Source: a bacterium
GTDB lineage: Bacteria; UBA8248
Direction of reading: 5' to 3'
Assembly (NCBI GenBank): GCA_965261085.1
Contig: OZ253442.1
Location: 1,888,001 to 1,952,000, forward strand
DNA: 64,000 bases
Numbering within the stretch: position 1 is the first letter of the stretch; each line of letters opens with the position of its first letter. The translations under genes and the position numbers were made by a program. Below the pieces are notes generated by a model. That model was not told the origin of the DNA and did not search any database. It saw only the letters and a list, made by a program, of their open reading frames with translations. Positions 30,124 to 39,412 of this stretch are shown piece by piece.

Positions 30124-31308
30124 ATGCAATATCCATTCACTGAAGAGCAGTTGGCGCTGGCGGATCTGACCCGGGAATTCATGGAGCGCGATGTCGCGCC
30201 CGTCGCCGCGGAAATGGACAGGCGGCCCGACCCGAAGGATTGCTATCCGGGCGAGCTCCTCAACAAGGCGTCGCAGCTCGGCCTGCGCACCATGGCGGTT
30301 CCAGAAGAATATGGCGGCATCGGGGCCGATACGACGACGAAGGCTCTCTGTCTCTGGACGGGCGCGCAAATCGAGATCGGCGTCATCAAGTGTCTGAGCC
30401 AGTGCTGGAAGATATCGAACGCGCTCTTCAAATGCGGCACGGATGCGCAGATCGAAAAGTGGGGCAAGATGTTCGTGGAGGATGACGACTGTGTGGGTTC
30501 GTTCGTGATAACGGAGCCGGATTACGGCTCGGACAACATCTACCGCCAGTCCGACCCCAGTCTGGGTCTTAAAACCTCTGCGGTCGAGGATGGTGATTAC
30601 TACGTCATCAACGGTGCGAAAAGGTTCACCTCCCTCACGAGTTGGGCGAAGATTCTGCTGGTCTTTGCGAGAACGGACCCCACTGTTCCGCTTCACCAGG
30701 GGACTACGTGCTTTCTCGTACAAGGGGATCAGGAGGGCGTCACCTACGGCAACGTGCACGACAAGCTCGGCTACAGGCTGTATCCCAATGCCGAGAGCTA
30801 CTACGACAACGTGCGCGTTCATAAGGACGACATCCTGGGCGGGGTGAACAAGGGTTTTCACACCTTCGGCACGGTGTTCCGGGGCAGCGCCGAGCTTCCG
30901 GCTTGTAATACGGGCATTGCGCGCGGTATTTACAATTTCTGTCTCCAGCATGCGAAAGAACGCATACAGGGGGGCAAGCCCATCATCGAGCATCAGACGA
31001 TACAGCACCAACTCGCCGAGATGCTCATGAACATAGAGGTGGCCGAGCAGTTCATGTGGCGCGTCTGCTGGGGTGTGGAGAACGATGAGAGCTACAACAC
31101 GCGCTTCACGCGCTACGGAAAGGTGTTCAGCGATCAGGTGGCGCTCAAGACGATCGCTTTCGCCACGGATATTCTCGGCGGCATCGGCATCATGAAGGAA
31201 ACACCGACGGAGAAGATGATGCGCGACCTGCTCACCTTCCTGCACGGCGACGGGACGGACTCGATGACGCTGCTGCGCGCCGCGCAGACGCTGGATGAAC
31301 CCGCTTAA
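30124..31308 (+). CDS. Acyl-CoA dehydrogenase family protein
   Basis: VPEEYGGIG, TEPDYGSD, YVINGAKRF, RIQGGKPIIEHQ, LGGIG. Confidence 0.92.
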   Translation: MQYPFTEEQLALADLTREFMERDVAPVAAEMDRRPDPKDCYPGELLNKASQLGLRTMAVPEEYGGIGADTTTKALCLWTGAQIEIGVIKCLSQCWKISNALFKCGTDAQIEKWGKMFVEDDDCVGSFVITEPDYGSDNIYRQSDPSLGLKTSAVEDGDYYVINGAKRFTSLTSWAKILLVFARTDPTVPLHQGTTCFLVQGDQEGVTYGNVHDKLGYRLYPNAESYYDNVRVHKDDILGGVNKGFHTFGTVFRGSAELPACNTGIARGIYNFCLQHAKERIQGGKPIIEHQTIQHQLAEMLMNIEVAEQFMWRVCWGVENDESYNTRFTRYGKVFSDQVALKTIAFATDILGGIGIMKETPTEKMMRDLLTFLHGDGTDSMTLLRAAQTLDEPA

Positions 31309-31385
31309 GTTGAAGGACATCATGTGATGCTTCTCGGGGCCGCTCGCCGCGCGCCCCTGGACTCTCCGGCTCGGGAGGAAAAACG

Positions 31386-32159
31386 ATGGATTTGATGCTC
31401 ACCGATAAAGTGGCGATGGTCTCGGGCGCCAGCCGGGGCCTCGGCTTTCATATCGCAAAGGATCTGGTGGGCGAGGGCTGTCACGTGGCGATTAGCGCGC
31501 GGGGAGAGGAGCGCCTGAACCAGGCCGTCGATGAACTGAACGCGCTGGGAGGCGGCCGCGCGGCGGGTTTTGTGGGTGACGTGACGCAAGAAGGAGTACC
31601 CGATGTTTTTTTGCGCAAGGCGCTCGATGAATTCGGCGGCGTCGATATTCTCGTGAACAACGTAGGGGGCAGCAACCCCAAGGCGTTTCTCGACATCACG
31701 GACGCGGAATGGCGCGAAGGATTCGGTTTCAACCTCTATCATGCGGTGACGCTCTCGCGTCTCGTGATACCGGAGATGAAAAAAAGAGGCGGAGGCTCCA
31801 TCCTGAACGTCGCTTCCATCTACGGGCGCGAATCAAAGGGCGCGATGACCTACAACGCCTCCAAGGCGGCTCTCATCAGCTTCTCCAAGGGCCTCGCCCA
31901 GCAGACGTCGAAAGACAACATTCGCGTGAACTCGATTGCGCCCGGCAGCATCCTTTTCCCGGGAGGGGTCTGGGAGCGGCGGATAGGCGAGGCGGCGGAT
32001 GGCTTGAAGGGCTTCATCGACGCGGAAATGCCGCTGGGCCGGTTCGGTCGCCCCGAGGAACTCTCCGCCGTGGCCGTCTTCATGGTGAGCCCGAGAGCGA
32101 GCCTGGTTCACGGTGCCTGCTGGAATGTGGACGGCTCGCAAAGCCGCTCGAATATCTAA
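31386..32159 (+). CDS. SDR family oxidoreductase
   Basis: SGASRGLG, NNVG, YNASK, GRFGRPEE. Confidence 0.93.
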   Translation: MDLMLTDKVAMVSGASRGLGFHIAKDLVGEGCHVAISARGEERLNQAVDELNALGGGRAAGFVGDVTQEGVPDVFLRKALDEFGGVDILVNNVGGSNPKAFLDITDAEWREGFGFNLYHAVTLSRLVIPEMKKRGGGSILNVASIYGRESKGAMTYNASKAALISFSKGLAQQTSKDNIRVNSIAPGSILFPGGVWERRIGEAADGLKGFIDAEMPLGRFGRPEELSAVAVFMVSPRASLVHGACWNVDGSQSRSNI

Positions 32160-32171
32160 TCTGCAAAAAAT

Positions 32172-33143
32172 CTACGAAATTTTCCGGAGAGGTTCCTGTA
32201 CGCGCGTTAGCCACTGCTGTTTCAGCGTGCTTTTGACGACGCGCGGGATGCTGAAGCCTATCGGTATCATCCTCGGCTCGACCAGGGGTTTAGACAGTCT
32301 CGCCTCCTGAAGGGGCAGTCCCACCACGTCGATTTTATTCAGATCCGTCTCGCCGAAACCCGTCACGCGGGCGGCTTCCAAGGTTCTCAGTTTCTCAGGC
32401 GAGAGCCCTGAAACCTCGCAGGCGACGCGGTCGAGCGCCACCGGGTCGGCGCTCGCGATGATGAGGCCCACTTGGCGCGGAGTGCCCTGCGCGGGTCCCT
32501 GGCCTTCCATCGCGTATACGGCGTCCAGAACGGAAAGCCTCGTATTCAACAATCGCGCCGTTTCAATGAGCATGAGCGGAAAATAGTCCTCGAAAGTTCC
32601 CGCCTTGAAATGCCACCACGCCTTTCTTTTTCCCGCCACGCAGCCGAACAGATTCTTGACCGCGCCCGTCATGTAAAGCTGGCAATGGGTCTTGAGCTTC
32701 GGCAGGTTGATGATTCCGTCCGCATCCATGGCCTCTTTCGCCATGGTGAGATGCGCATAAACGACCCCCTCCGGATTGGGGACTTTCACCCCTGCCCGGA
32801 ATTGGGTGAGTGGAAGCTTAAGTTCCTCACATACCCTCGATAAACCGGTCTGCTCGGCGCAACTGGCGAGACTTCCCCAGGCGGGACTGTCGCCCATGGA
32901 TATTTTTCGTGGCGTCGTGGTTGAGTTTTGGAACTGTTCCGCCACCGCCCGGAGTATTTCAGGATGAGTCGTCAGCGCACTCTCTGGCGGCGCGCCTTTG
33001 AGGATGTTGGGTTTCAGGAGAATTTCATCGGTTGTAGAGGCGAATTGCGCAGCGCCGCCCAGCGCTTCAAAGGCCTCGGCAACGGCTTCGCTTACGCGTT
33101 CTCGGTCGTAGTCTCGACAACGGACAATCGCAACACGGCTCAT
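32172..33143 (-). CDS. DUF362 domain-containing protein
   Basis: ILLKPN, TTHP, INLPKLKTH, GAVKNLFG, MEGQGP, DPVALD. Confidence 0.88.
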   Translation of the reverse strand: MSRVAIVRCRDYDRERVSEAVAEAFEALGGAAQFASTTDEILLKPNILKGAPPESALTTHPEILRAVAEQFQNSTTTPRKISMGDSPAWGSLASCAEQTGLSRVCEELKLPLTQFRAGVKVPNPEGVVYAHLTMAKEAMDADGIINLPKLKTHCQLYMTGAVKNLFGCVAGKRKAWWHFKAGTFEDYFPLMLIETARLLNTRLSVLDAVYAMEGQGPAQGTPRQVGLIIASADPVALDRVACEVSGLSPEKLRTLEAARVTGFGETDLNKIDVVGLPLQEARLSKPLVEPRMIPIGFSIPRVVKSTLKQQWLTRVQEPLRKIS

Positions 33144-33150
33144 GGATGGG

Positions 33151-33480
33151 TCAACTTTCTTTTTTGATGGCTTCTATCTTTTCGTCGCGCTCGGCTTCGA
33201 GCGCTTCACGCTCGCCCCTGAATTTTTGGCGGAATGCGCCCAGCGCCTCTCTGGCCTCTGGTTGGAGTCGCGCCTCGATGGCTTCGATGGGAGCGCCGCC
33301 CGTCATTTTCATCAATTCCTGCTGGTGGAGAACGTCTTTTTCGGCAATTTTTCCCTCGTATACCTTTTTGATTTCCTCAATCTTGTCCCTTTGCTCGGGG
33401 GTGAGTTTTTCCAGTTCCTGGCGCGCTTGCTCCCCGATGGCCGAAGTTTTCTCCATCGCTATTTCCAGGGCGCTTTTCAT
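33151..33480 (-). CDS. Hypothetical coiled-coil protein
   Basis: MKSALEIAMEK start, charged helical composition; RBS GGAGG and an upstream promoter. Confidence 0.75.
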   Translation of the reverse strand: MKSALEIAMEKTSAIGEQARQELEKLTPEQRDKIEEIKKVYEGKIAEKDVLHQQELMKMTGGAPIEAIEARLQPEAREALGAFRQKFRGEREALEAERDEKIEAIKKES

Positions 33481-33523
33481 AATAAACCTCCACTGCAATG
33501 TGATCGTTTTTAGGCGCGCAGGC

Positions 33524-33552
33524 ATTTTAGGTCGCGCGACCAAGGGGGTCAA
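33524..33552 (-). promoter_or_regulatory. Sigma70-like promoter
   Basis: TTGACC-17 nt-TAAAAT on the minus strand. Confidence 0.55.
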
Positions 33553-33732
33553 CATCCGCATCTTCGGGCGAAAGCCGCCGGGATGGCCCCTTCTCGATCA
33601 CGGGCGCAACGAGGTGTAATGCTCAAGTTTTCAGGTGGATAGCGAAAACCACCGGTTACTAGCTTTGTGGTGGCTCTCTGAGGCGGAAATTTTGCTATAA
33701 GAGGATGTGATACGCCCACCGTTGGAGGAACC

Positions 33733-34701
33733 ATGCGCGAACCCACTTTCGATGATGTTCTGGAGGCGCAAAAACGCATTGCCGAATACTTACAGCCCAC
33801 ACCCTTTCATGAAATGCCGGTGCTATCGGATCGCTTGGGGTGCCGATATTTTCTGAAATTCGAGTCCATGCAGCCCATCGGCGCGTTCAAGGTGCGCGGT
33901 GGCGCGAATCTCGTCGCCCAGCTAGGGCCGGATGAGAGGAAAGCGGGCCTCATCACGGCGTCTACCGGCAATCACGGGCAGTCCATCGCCTACGCCGCGC
34001 GGATTTTCGGGGTCAAGGCGTTGGTGGCGGCGCCGAATGGGGCCAATCCCGATAAAATCTCGGCTATCGAGAGACTGGGGGCTGAGGTCGCATTTGTGGG
34101 AAAGGATTTCGATGACGCCAGGGTGTGGTGTGAGGAGCAGTGCGAAGCGCTGGGTATGCGCTACGTTCATTCGGCCAACGAGCCGCACCTCATCGCGGGC
34201 GTGGCGACCCAGACGCTTGAAATCATGGAGCGCGAGCCGGAAATCGAGGTGATCATCGTGCCCCTCGGCGGGGGGAGCGGTGTGTGCGGAGCCGGCCTCG
34301 TCGCCAAGCACGTTAACCCCAATGTCCACGTGGTGGGGGTGCAGGCCGAAAACGCTCCGGCGTTTTTCAAGAGCTTTTACGCAGGGGAATTGCTGCCTCA
34401 ACCGTCGGCGGACACCTTTGCGGACGGACTCGCCACCAGGGTGCCTTTTGAGCTGACTTTCTCGATGATCAGACGATACGTGGATGAAATCGTGATGGTG
34501 AGCGAGGAGGAGATGTGTGAGGCGATTCGTCTGCTCGTCTCAGAAGTGCGCCTCATCGCCGAGGGTGCAGGCGCCGCAGCGACGGCGGCCGCCATGAAAA
34601 TGGACTTAAAGGGCAAGCGAGTCGCCGGAATCCTGAGTGGCCGGAATCTAACCAGCGAGCACCTCCATACCATCTTGAACGGCGGGACGCCTCGTCCGTG
34701 A
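33733..34701 (+). CDS. Threonine/serine dehydratase (PLP-dependent)
   Basis: GAFKVRG, ASTGNHG, PLGGGSG, AEGAGA, LSGRN. Confidence 0.92.
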   Translation: MREPTFDDVLEAQKRIAEYLQPTPFHEMPVLSDRLGCRYFLKFESMQPIGAFKVRGGANLVAQLGPDERKAGLITASTGNHGQSIAYAARIFGVKALVAAPNGANPDKISAIERLGAEVAFVGKDFDDARVWCEEQCEALGMRYVHSANEPHLIAGVATQTLEIMEREPEIEVIIVPLGGGSGVCGAGLVAKHVNPNVHVVGVQAENAPAFFKSFYAGELLPQPSADTFADGLATRVPFELTFSMIRRYVDEIVMVSEEEMCEAIRLLVSEVRLIAEGAGAAATAAAMKMDLKGKRVAGILSGRNLTSEHLHTILNGGTPRP

Positions 34702-37262
34702 AATACGTCATCAAAAAAGAGGCCGTGAGAGTGCATGAACCGGGGAGCCTGTATGTCGAGGTTGTACTCAGCGTCCCGCAACTCAAGCCGCTCACCTACC
34801 GGGTGGAAGCTGAATTCGTGGGACGCCTCGCGCCTGGACTGCGCGTGCTCGTGCCGCTCGGAAAGAGGAAGGTGACGGGATACATCGTCCACCCGCCGAG
34901 CGAGAGCCCGCCTCCAGGCGTCGAGCCCACTTCCATAAAGCCTGTTCTGGAGATGATAGACGATGAGCCGTTGCTTACGCCGGAGCTTCTCGAGCTCACC
35001 AGATGGGTAGCGGAATACTATTGCTGTGGCTGGGGGGAGGCGCTCAAATTCGCGTTGCCGTCCCACCAGGAGAAAAAAACCGTAGAGCGTTATCGCCTGA
35101 GTGAATCGGGGAGGCGGGAGGCCGCGGGGGGCCTTGGCTTGCCCGGACTCAAGCCCTCAGAGGGGAAGGGAAGCCACAAGGCGCGCATTCTGGTGGCGCT
35201 TCGCAAGGCTCCTAGAACCATCAACTCCCTTACGGCGTCGTTCGGGCGCGGCACGCGCCCGGAACTCATGCGTCTTGTCGATGCGGGTTTCGTGGAGATA
35301 ATCGTCGATGCCGTGGGTGGTTCGGAACCTAGAAAGGCCAAGTACGCGCGCCTTTGCAAGAAGCCCGATGGGGATGAGTTGAAGAATTTGGGAAAACGCG
35401 CGAGGCGGCAGGCGGAAATCTTGCGTCTTTTGTACCAGGCCGAAGATGGGCGGATGCAAATACAAAAGCTGGAAGCCTTCTCGAAAGGGGCGCGCGCTGC
35501 ATGCGCGGCTTTGGAGAAAAAAGGATGGATCAAGGTGGAGGAATGCCTCCTCCCCGATGAAGCGGATGTTAGCGACCTGAGTCCGAGCCCCGGCGTGCCT
35601 TTTATGGACCTTACGGATGAGCAGGAAGAATCGTTTGAATTGGTGAAAGCGGATATCGAACAAAAGAATTTTTCAGTGACGCTTCTTCACGGCGTCACGG
35701 GAAGCGGGAAGACGGAAGTCTATATCCGACTGGCGCAAAAAGCCCTCGAAAACGAATTGGGTGCGTTGGTTCTGGTGCCGGAGATCGGCTTGACCTCCCA
35801 GCTGTTGGGGCGGTTTCAAGAGCGTTTCGGTCATCAGGTGGCTTGTCTTCATAGCGCGTATCCAGAGAAAAAGCGTAGATCCGAATGGCGGCGCATCAAG
35901 AATGGGGATGCGCCCATCGTTGTGGGCACGAGGTCCGCCGTTTTCGCCCCGATTCCGAACTTAGGGATGATTGCCGTGGACGAGGAGCATGACGGCTCCT
36001 ACAAGCAGGATGAAGCTCCTCGCTACCACGCTCGGGATACCGGAATCGTGCGCGCCAGGAATCTGAGCGTTCCGGTCGTGCTCGGCTCGGCGACGCCCTC
36101 AATTGAGAGCTATACGAGCGCCAGAAGCGGCCGCTTCCGCCTTCTCAAGTTGTCGCATCGACCCACGGGGGGAGCTTTGCCGGAGGTGCGGTTGGTGGAT
36201 TTAAGAAAAGAGGCAGGCTCCGACCCCAAGACGCCCGAACTTCTGACGCGCGATTTGGCGACGGCCATTGGCGAGTGTCTAGAGCGAGGCGAGCAAACGC
36301 TGTTGTTCTTGAACCGGCGCGGGTTTTCCTCGGTTATTTTGTGCCGCGAATGTGGGGAGGCGCTTCAGTGTCCTCATTGCTCCATTGCGCTTACATTTCA
36401 CCGCGAAGGCGGGGGCAGGGTGCAGTGCCATTGGTGTGATTACAGCGCGCATCCACCCAACAGATGCTCTTCCTGCCGCAGTGAGCGCGTGGGTTATTTC
36501 GGCGTAGGGACGGAGCGTGTGGAGGAGGCCGTAAGGGCGCGGTTCCCCGAAGCGCGCGTGCAACGCCTGGATCGCGATACCACCCGTCGGGCAGGCGCGT
36601 ACGAGCGGATATTCGGCGCCATGCGAAACGGAGAAATCGACATATTGATCGGGACGCAAATGGTGGCGAAGGGCCATGATTTTCCGAAATTGACGCTCGT
36701 GGGCGTCGTGGTGGCCGACGTCGGGCTTCATCTGCCGGATTTCAGGGCGAGCGAGCGGACTTTTCAGCTATTGACGCAGGTGGCCGGCCGGGCGGGCCGC
36801 GCCGATTTGCCGGGAGAGGTCCTCATCCAGACGTTCAGGCCGGATCATTTTGCGGTTCAGTGCGCTCGTACGCATGATTACGCCGGGTTTTACAAGAGAG
36901 AAGCCCTCGCGAGAGAGCGGATGGGCTACCCGCCGTATCGACGCCTGGCCAGGCTCCGTTTCGAGTCGAAAAACAAGCACCTTGCGGCGAAAGCCGGTGA
37001 ATGGACGGCCTCTTATTTGAGGAAACGTGGCGCCGTGGCGGCCGGACGCGCTGCCGATACAAGCGTGGTCGAATACCTGGGTCCCGCGCCGGCGCCTCTT
37101 TTGAGAATTCGCGGCGTATGGCGGTATCACATAATCCTGAAGGCCAGGACGTCGAGGCGCTTGGGCGAGGCGCTCAAATCGCTGACGGCGGAATTTGACG
37201 GACAACCGGCCTTTTCTTCCGTTCGCCTGGCGGTGGATGTCGACCCGATAAGTTTGATGTAG
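34698..37262 (+). CDS. priA: Primosomal protein N'
   Basis: GVTGSGKTEVY, DEEHD, GSATPS, NRRG, four CxxC pairs, QVAGRAGR, DVDP. Confidence 0.97.
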   Translation: MKYVIKKEAVRVHEPGSLYVEVVLSVPQLKPLTYRVEAEFVGRLAPGLRVLVPLGKRKVTGYIVHPPSESPPPGVEPTSIKPVLEMIDDEPLLTPELLELTRWVAEYYCCGWGEALKFALPSHQEKKTVERYRLSESGRREAAGGLGLPGLKPSEGKGSHKARILVALRKAPRTINSLTASFGRGTRPELMRLVDAGFVEIIVDAVGGSEPRKAKYARLCKKPDGDELKNLGKRARRQAEILRLLYQAEDGRMQIQKLEAFSKGARAACAALEKKGWIKVEECLLPDEADVSDLSPSPGVPFMDLTDEQEESFELVKADIEQKNFSVTLLHGVTGSGKTEVYIRLAQKALENELGALVLVPEIGLTSQLLGRFQERFGHQVACLHSAYPEKKRRSEWRRIKNGDAPIVVGTRSAVFAPIPNLGMIAVDEEHDGSYKQDEAPRYHARDTGIVRARNLSVPVVLGSATPSIESYTSARSGRFRLLKLSHRPTGGALPEVRLVDLRKEAGSDPKTPELLTRDLATAIGECLERGEQTLLFLNRRGFSSVILCRECGEALQCPHCSIALTFHREGGGRVQCHWCDYSAHPPNRCSSCRSERVGYFGVGTERVEEAVRARFPEARVQRLDRDTTRRAGAYERIFGAMRNGEIDILIGTQMVAKGHDFPKLTLVGVVVADVGLHLPDFRASERTFQLLTQVAGRAGRADLPGEVLIQTFRPDHFAVQCARTHDYAGFYKREALARERMGYPPYRRLARLRFESKNKHLAAKAGEWTASYLRKRGAVAAGRAADTSVVEYLGPAPAPLLRIRGVWRYHIILKARTSRRLGEALKSLTAEFDGQPAFSSVRLAVDVDPISLM

Positions 37263-37325
37263 ACGATTTTCACTTCAAGGGGAAGTCTTTTTCAGGAATC
37301 AGATGCTGAAAACGAGGAGCTTTTC

Positions 37326-38378
37326 ATGTCTCAGGAAAATTTCAGAACGGCTCTCGTGGGTCTTGGATGGTGGGCGACGCCGATAGCCGACGCCCTGCGC
37401 AGAAGCGAAAAGATGGACTTGATTGCCTGCTACACGCGCAACGAAGAAAAACGCGCTTCGTTCGCTCAGGAGCATGGATGCGAGGCAGCGCCGAGCTATG
37501 AGGCGATACTGGAGAATCCCGATGTGGAGGGAGTCCTGCTCACTACACCGAACAAGGTTCATGCGGCCCAGATAATATCCGCGCTCGAAGCGGGCAAGCA
37601 TGTCTGGGTGGAAAAACCGATAACGAACGTGCTCACCGAAGCGCCTGAAGTGCTCAAAGCCTGGAGAGTGTCCGGAAAGACCCTGGCGGTGGGGCATTGC
37701 TACCGGCGCGCGGCGGGACACCGGAAAATCCGTGCGTTAATAGAAGATGGAACTATTGGTACGCCGCTTTGGGCGGAGGCGGTGTTCTCAAACCATATGG
37801 GTCAGTTTTTCACCCCCGATAGGTGGCGTTACTTCCGGGATGAGTGCCCGGGTGGGCCTCTGATGCAGATGGGCATTCACCACTGTGATACGTTGAACTA
37901 CCTATTGGGAGAACCCGTGAGCGTAACGGGGATTCACAAAAAACTGGTCACGCCCGCCGAGATCGATGACGTGACGATGACGATTACCGAGCACGAAGGA
38001 GGCCCCGTCTCGAGCCTGATGACAAGTTTTGTGACGCCGGGCGTATTCACGCTCAAGCTGCACGGCACCCAGGCGGTTGTTTCTCTCGAGATGGTTCGCG
38101 AAAACATCACCCTGGCGCACCGGACCAACGACGAGACGACGCTGGCGATTCAAAAAGCGGGCGAAGCCGGCTGGACGGACGTGCCCGTTCCCGAAATGGC
38201 GGACATGATACTCGACGAGGTGGAGGAATTCGCTGATTGCGCGCGAACGGGGACCCCTCCCGAAACCGGTCCGCGGGAGGCCGTTCATGCCCTCGCATTG
38301 GTGGAAGGTTCGTGCCGCTCGGCGGAAGAGGGAAGAAAAATAGAGATGAAAGCACTGCTGGCCGGTATCGACATCTAG
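37326..38378 (+). CDS. Gfo/Idh/MocA family oxidoreductase
   Basis: GLGWW, AGKHVWVEKP, GGPLMQMGIH. Confidence 0.9.
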   Translation: MSQENFRTALVGLGWWATPIADALRRSEKMDLIACYTRNEEKRASFAQEHGCEAAPSYEAILENPDVEGVLLTTPNKVHAAQIISALEAGKHVWVEKPITNVLTEAPEVLKAWRVSGKTLAVGHCYRRAAGHRKIRALIEDGTIGTPLWAEAVFSNHMGQFFTPDRWRYFRDECPGGPLMQMGIHHCDTLNYLLGEPVSVTGIHKKLVTPAEIDDVTMTITEHEGGPVSSLMTSFVTPGVFTLKLHGTQAVVSLEMVRENITLAHRTNDETTLAIQKAGEAGWTDVPVPEMADMILDEVEEFADCARTGTPPETGPREAVHALALVEGSCRSAEEGRKIEMKALLAGIDI

Positions 38379-38417
38379 GAACTGTCGTTTTCCGTTGAGT
38401 GCTGTACGAAATTAAAA

Positions 38418-38492
38418 TGGTGGGCCGTACTGGATTTGAACCAGTGACTTCTGCCGTGTGAAGGCAGCGCTCTGCCGCTGAGCTAACGGCCC
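38418..38492 (-). tRNA. tRNA-Val(CAC)
   Basis: Reverse complement GGGCCGTTAGCTCAGCGG...TTCACAC...GGTTCAAATCC...CCCACCA. Confidence 0.96.
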
Positions 38493-38727
38493 ATGGTTTT
38501 TGCGTTTATCATAGGCCCCAGGAGGGGTCAAGGCAGATGGGCTCCAGGGGCGAGGTGTTTCATGCCGGACTATCGGGCCTGGCATGTGAGCCAACGAGGC
38601 GTTGATGAAAAATGGCTTTGAGACCGCCCCCCAAACTTTACGGCCATTCATGCCATCCGCTATGATAGGGAGTGTTGAAATCGTCATCGTCGAGTTTTCG
38701 CCAGCGACTTTGAAAGGATAATCCGAG

Positions 38728-38952
38728 ATGAACCAACTGACGAACAATGGGGTGAAATACAACCTCGAAACCCGCGAACACGATCTGTACGGGTTTGGCG
38801 TGGATGTCTTTATGCTCGAGCAGGTTGGGGACCAACCCAGGGAGCCCATCGCATTCATTCCGGGAAAAAATGAGAATGCCGCGACGATACTCACCCAGCA
38901 ATGGCTCAAGATCGCTTTTCCGGCGGAGTTGCCCAAGGGCAAGAAAAAATAG
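38728..38952 (+). CDS. Small hypothetical protein (74 aa)
   Basis: ORF with RBS AAAGGA and protein-like composition. Confidence 0.55.
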   Translation: MNQLTNNGVKYNLETREHDLYGFGVDVFMLEQVGDQPREPIAFIPGKNENAATILTQQWLKIAFPAELPKGKKK

Positions 38953-39010
38953 CGATGCGCTAGAGAGTCCCATCGGGCAGTTTTTCCAGCGCTCAAATCG
39001 GGGGAACGCC

Positions 39011-39412
39011 TTGGAGTCGCCTCAAACCATTCAAACAAACCTTGCGCCTTCACCCACCGGCCCTTTCGTTCAAGCGCGCCGCGTGGGGAATCTACTGTTC
39101 ATCGCCGGTCAACGCGGCATCAACCCCGATTCTGGGAAACTCGTTGAAAGAACCATAGAGGCGCGCGCCAGAAGGACTTTCGAAAACCTGAAAGCCATTG
39201 CCGAGGCGGCGGGAGGGTCGCTTGCGACCTTTGTTTCCACCGTCGTCTACGTGAGGGATATGGATGCCCATCGCCCGGCCATCAACCGGCTGTATGAGGA
39301 ATACTTCGGACCCAATCTACCCACGCGCACCATCGTGGAAGTGAGCGGGCTGAACCAGGACGATATTGTGGAGATAGAGGCGGTGGTGATGATCCCCGAA
39401 ACGCGGACTTAG
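39011..39412 (+). CDS. RidA family protein
   Basis: APSPTGPFVQA, FIAGQ, LPTRTIVEV, VEIEAV; TTG start inferred. Confidence 0.88.
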   Translation: MESPQTIQTNLAPSPTGPFVQARRVGNLLFIAGQRGINPDSGKLVERTIEARARRTFENLKAIAEAAGGSLATFVSTVVYVRDMDAHRPAINRLYEEYFGPNLPTRTIVEVSGLNQDDIVEIEAVVMIPETRT

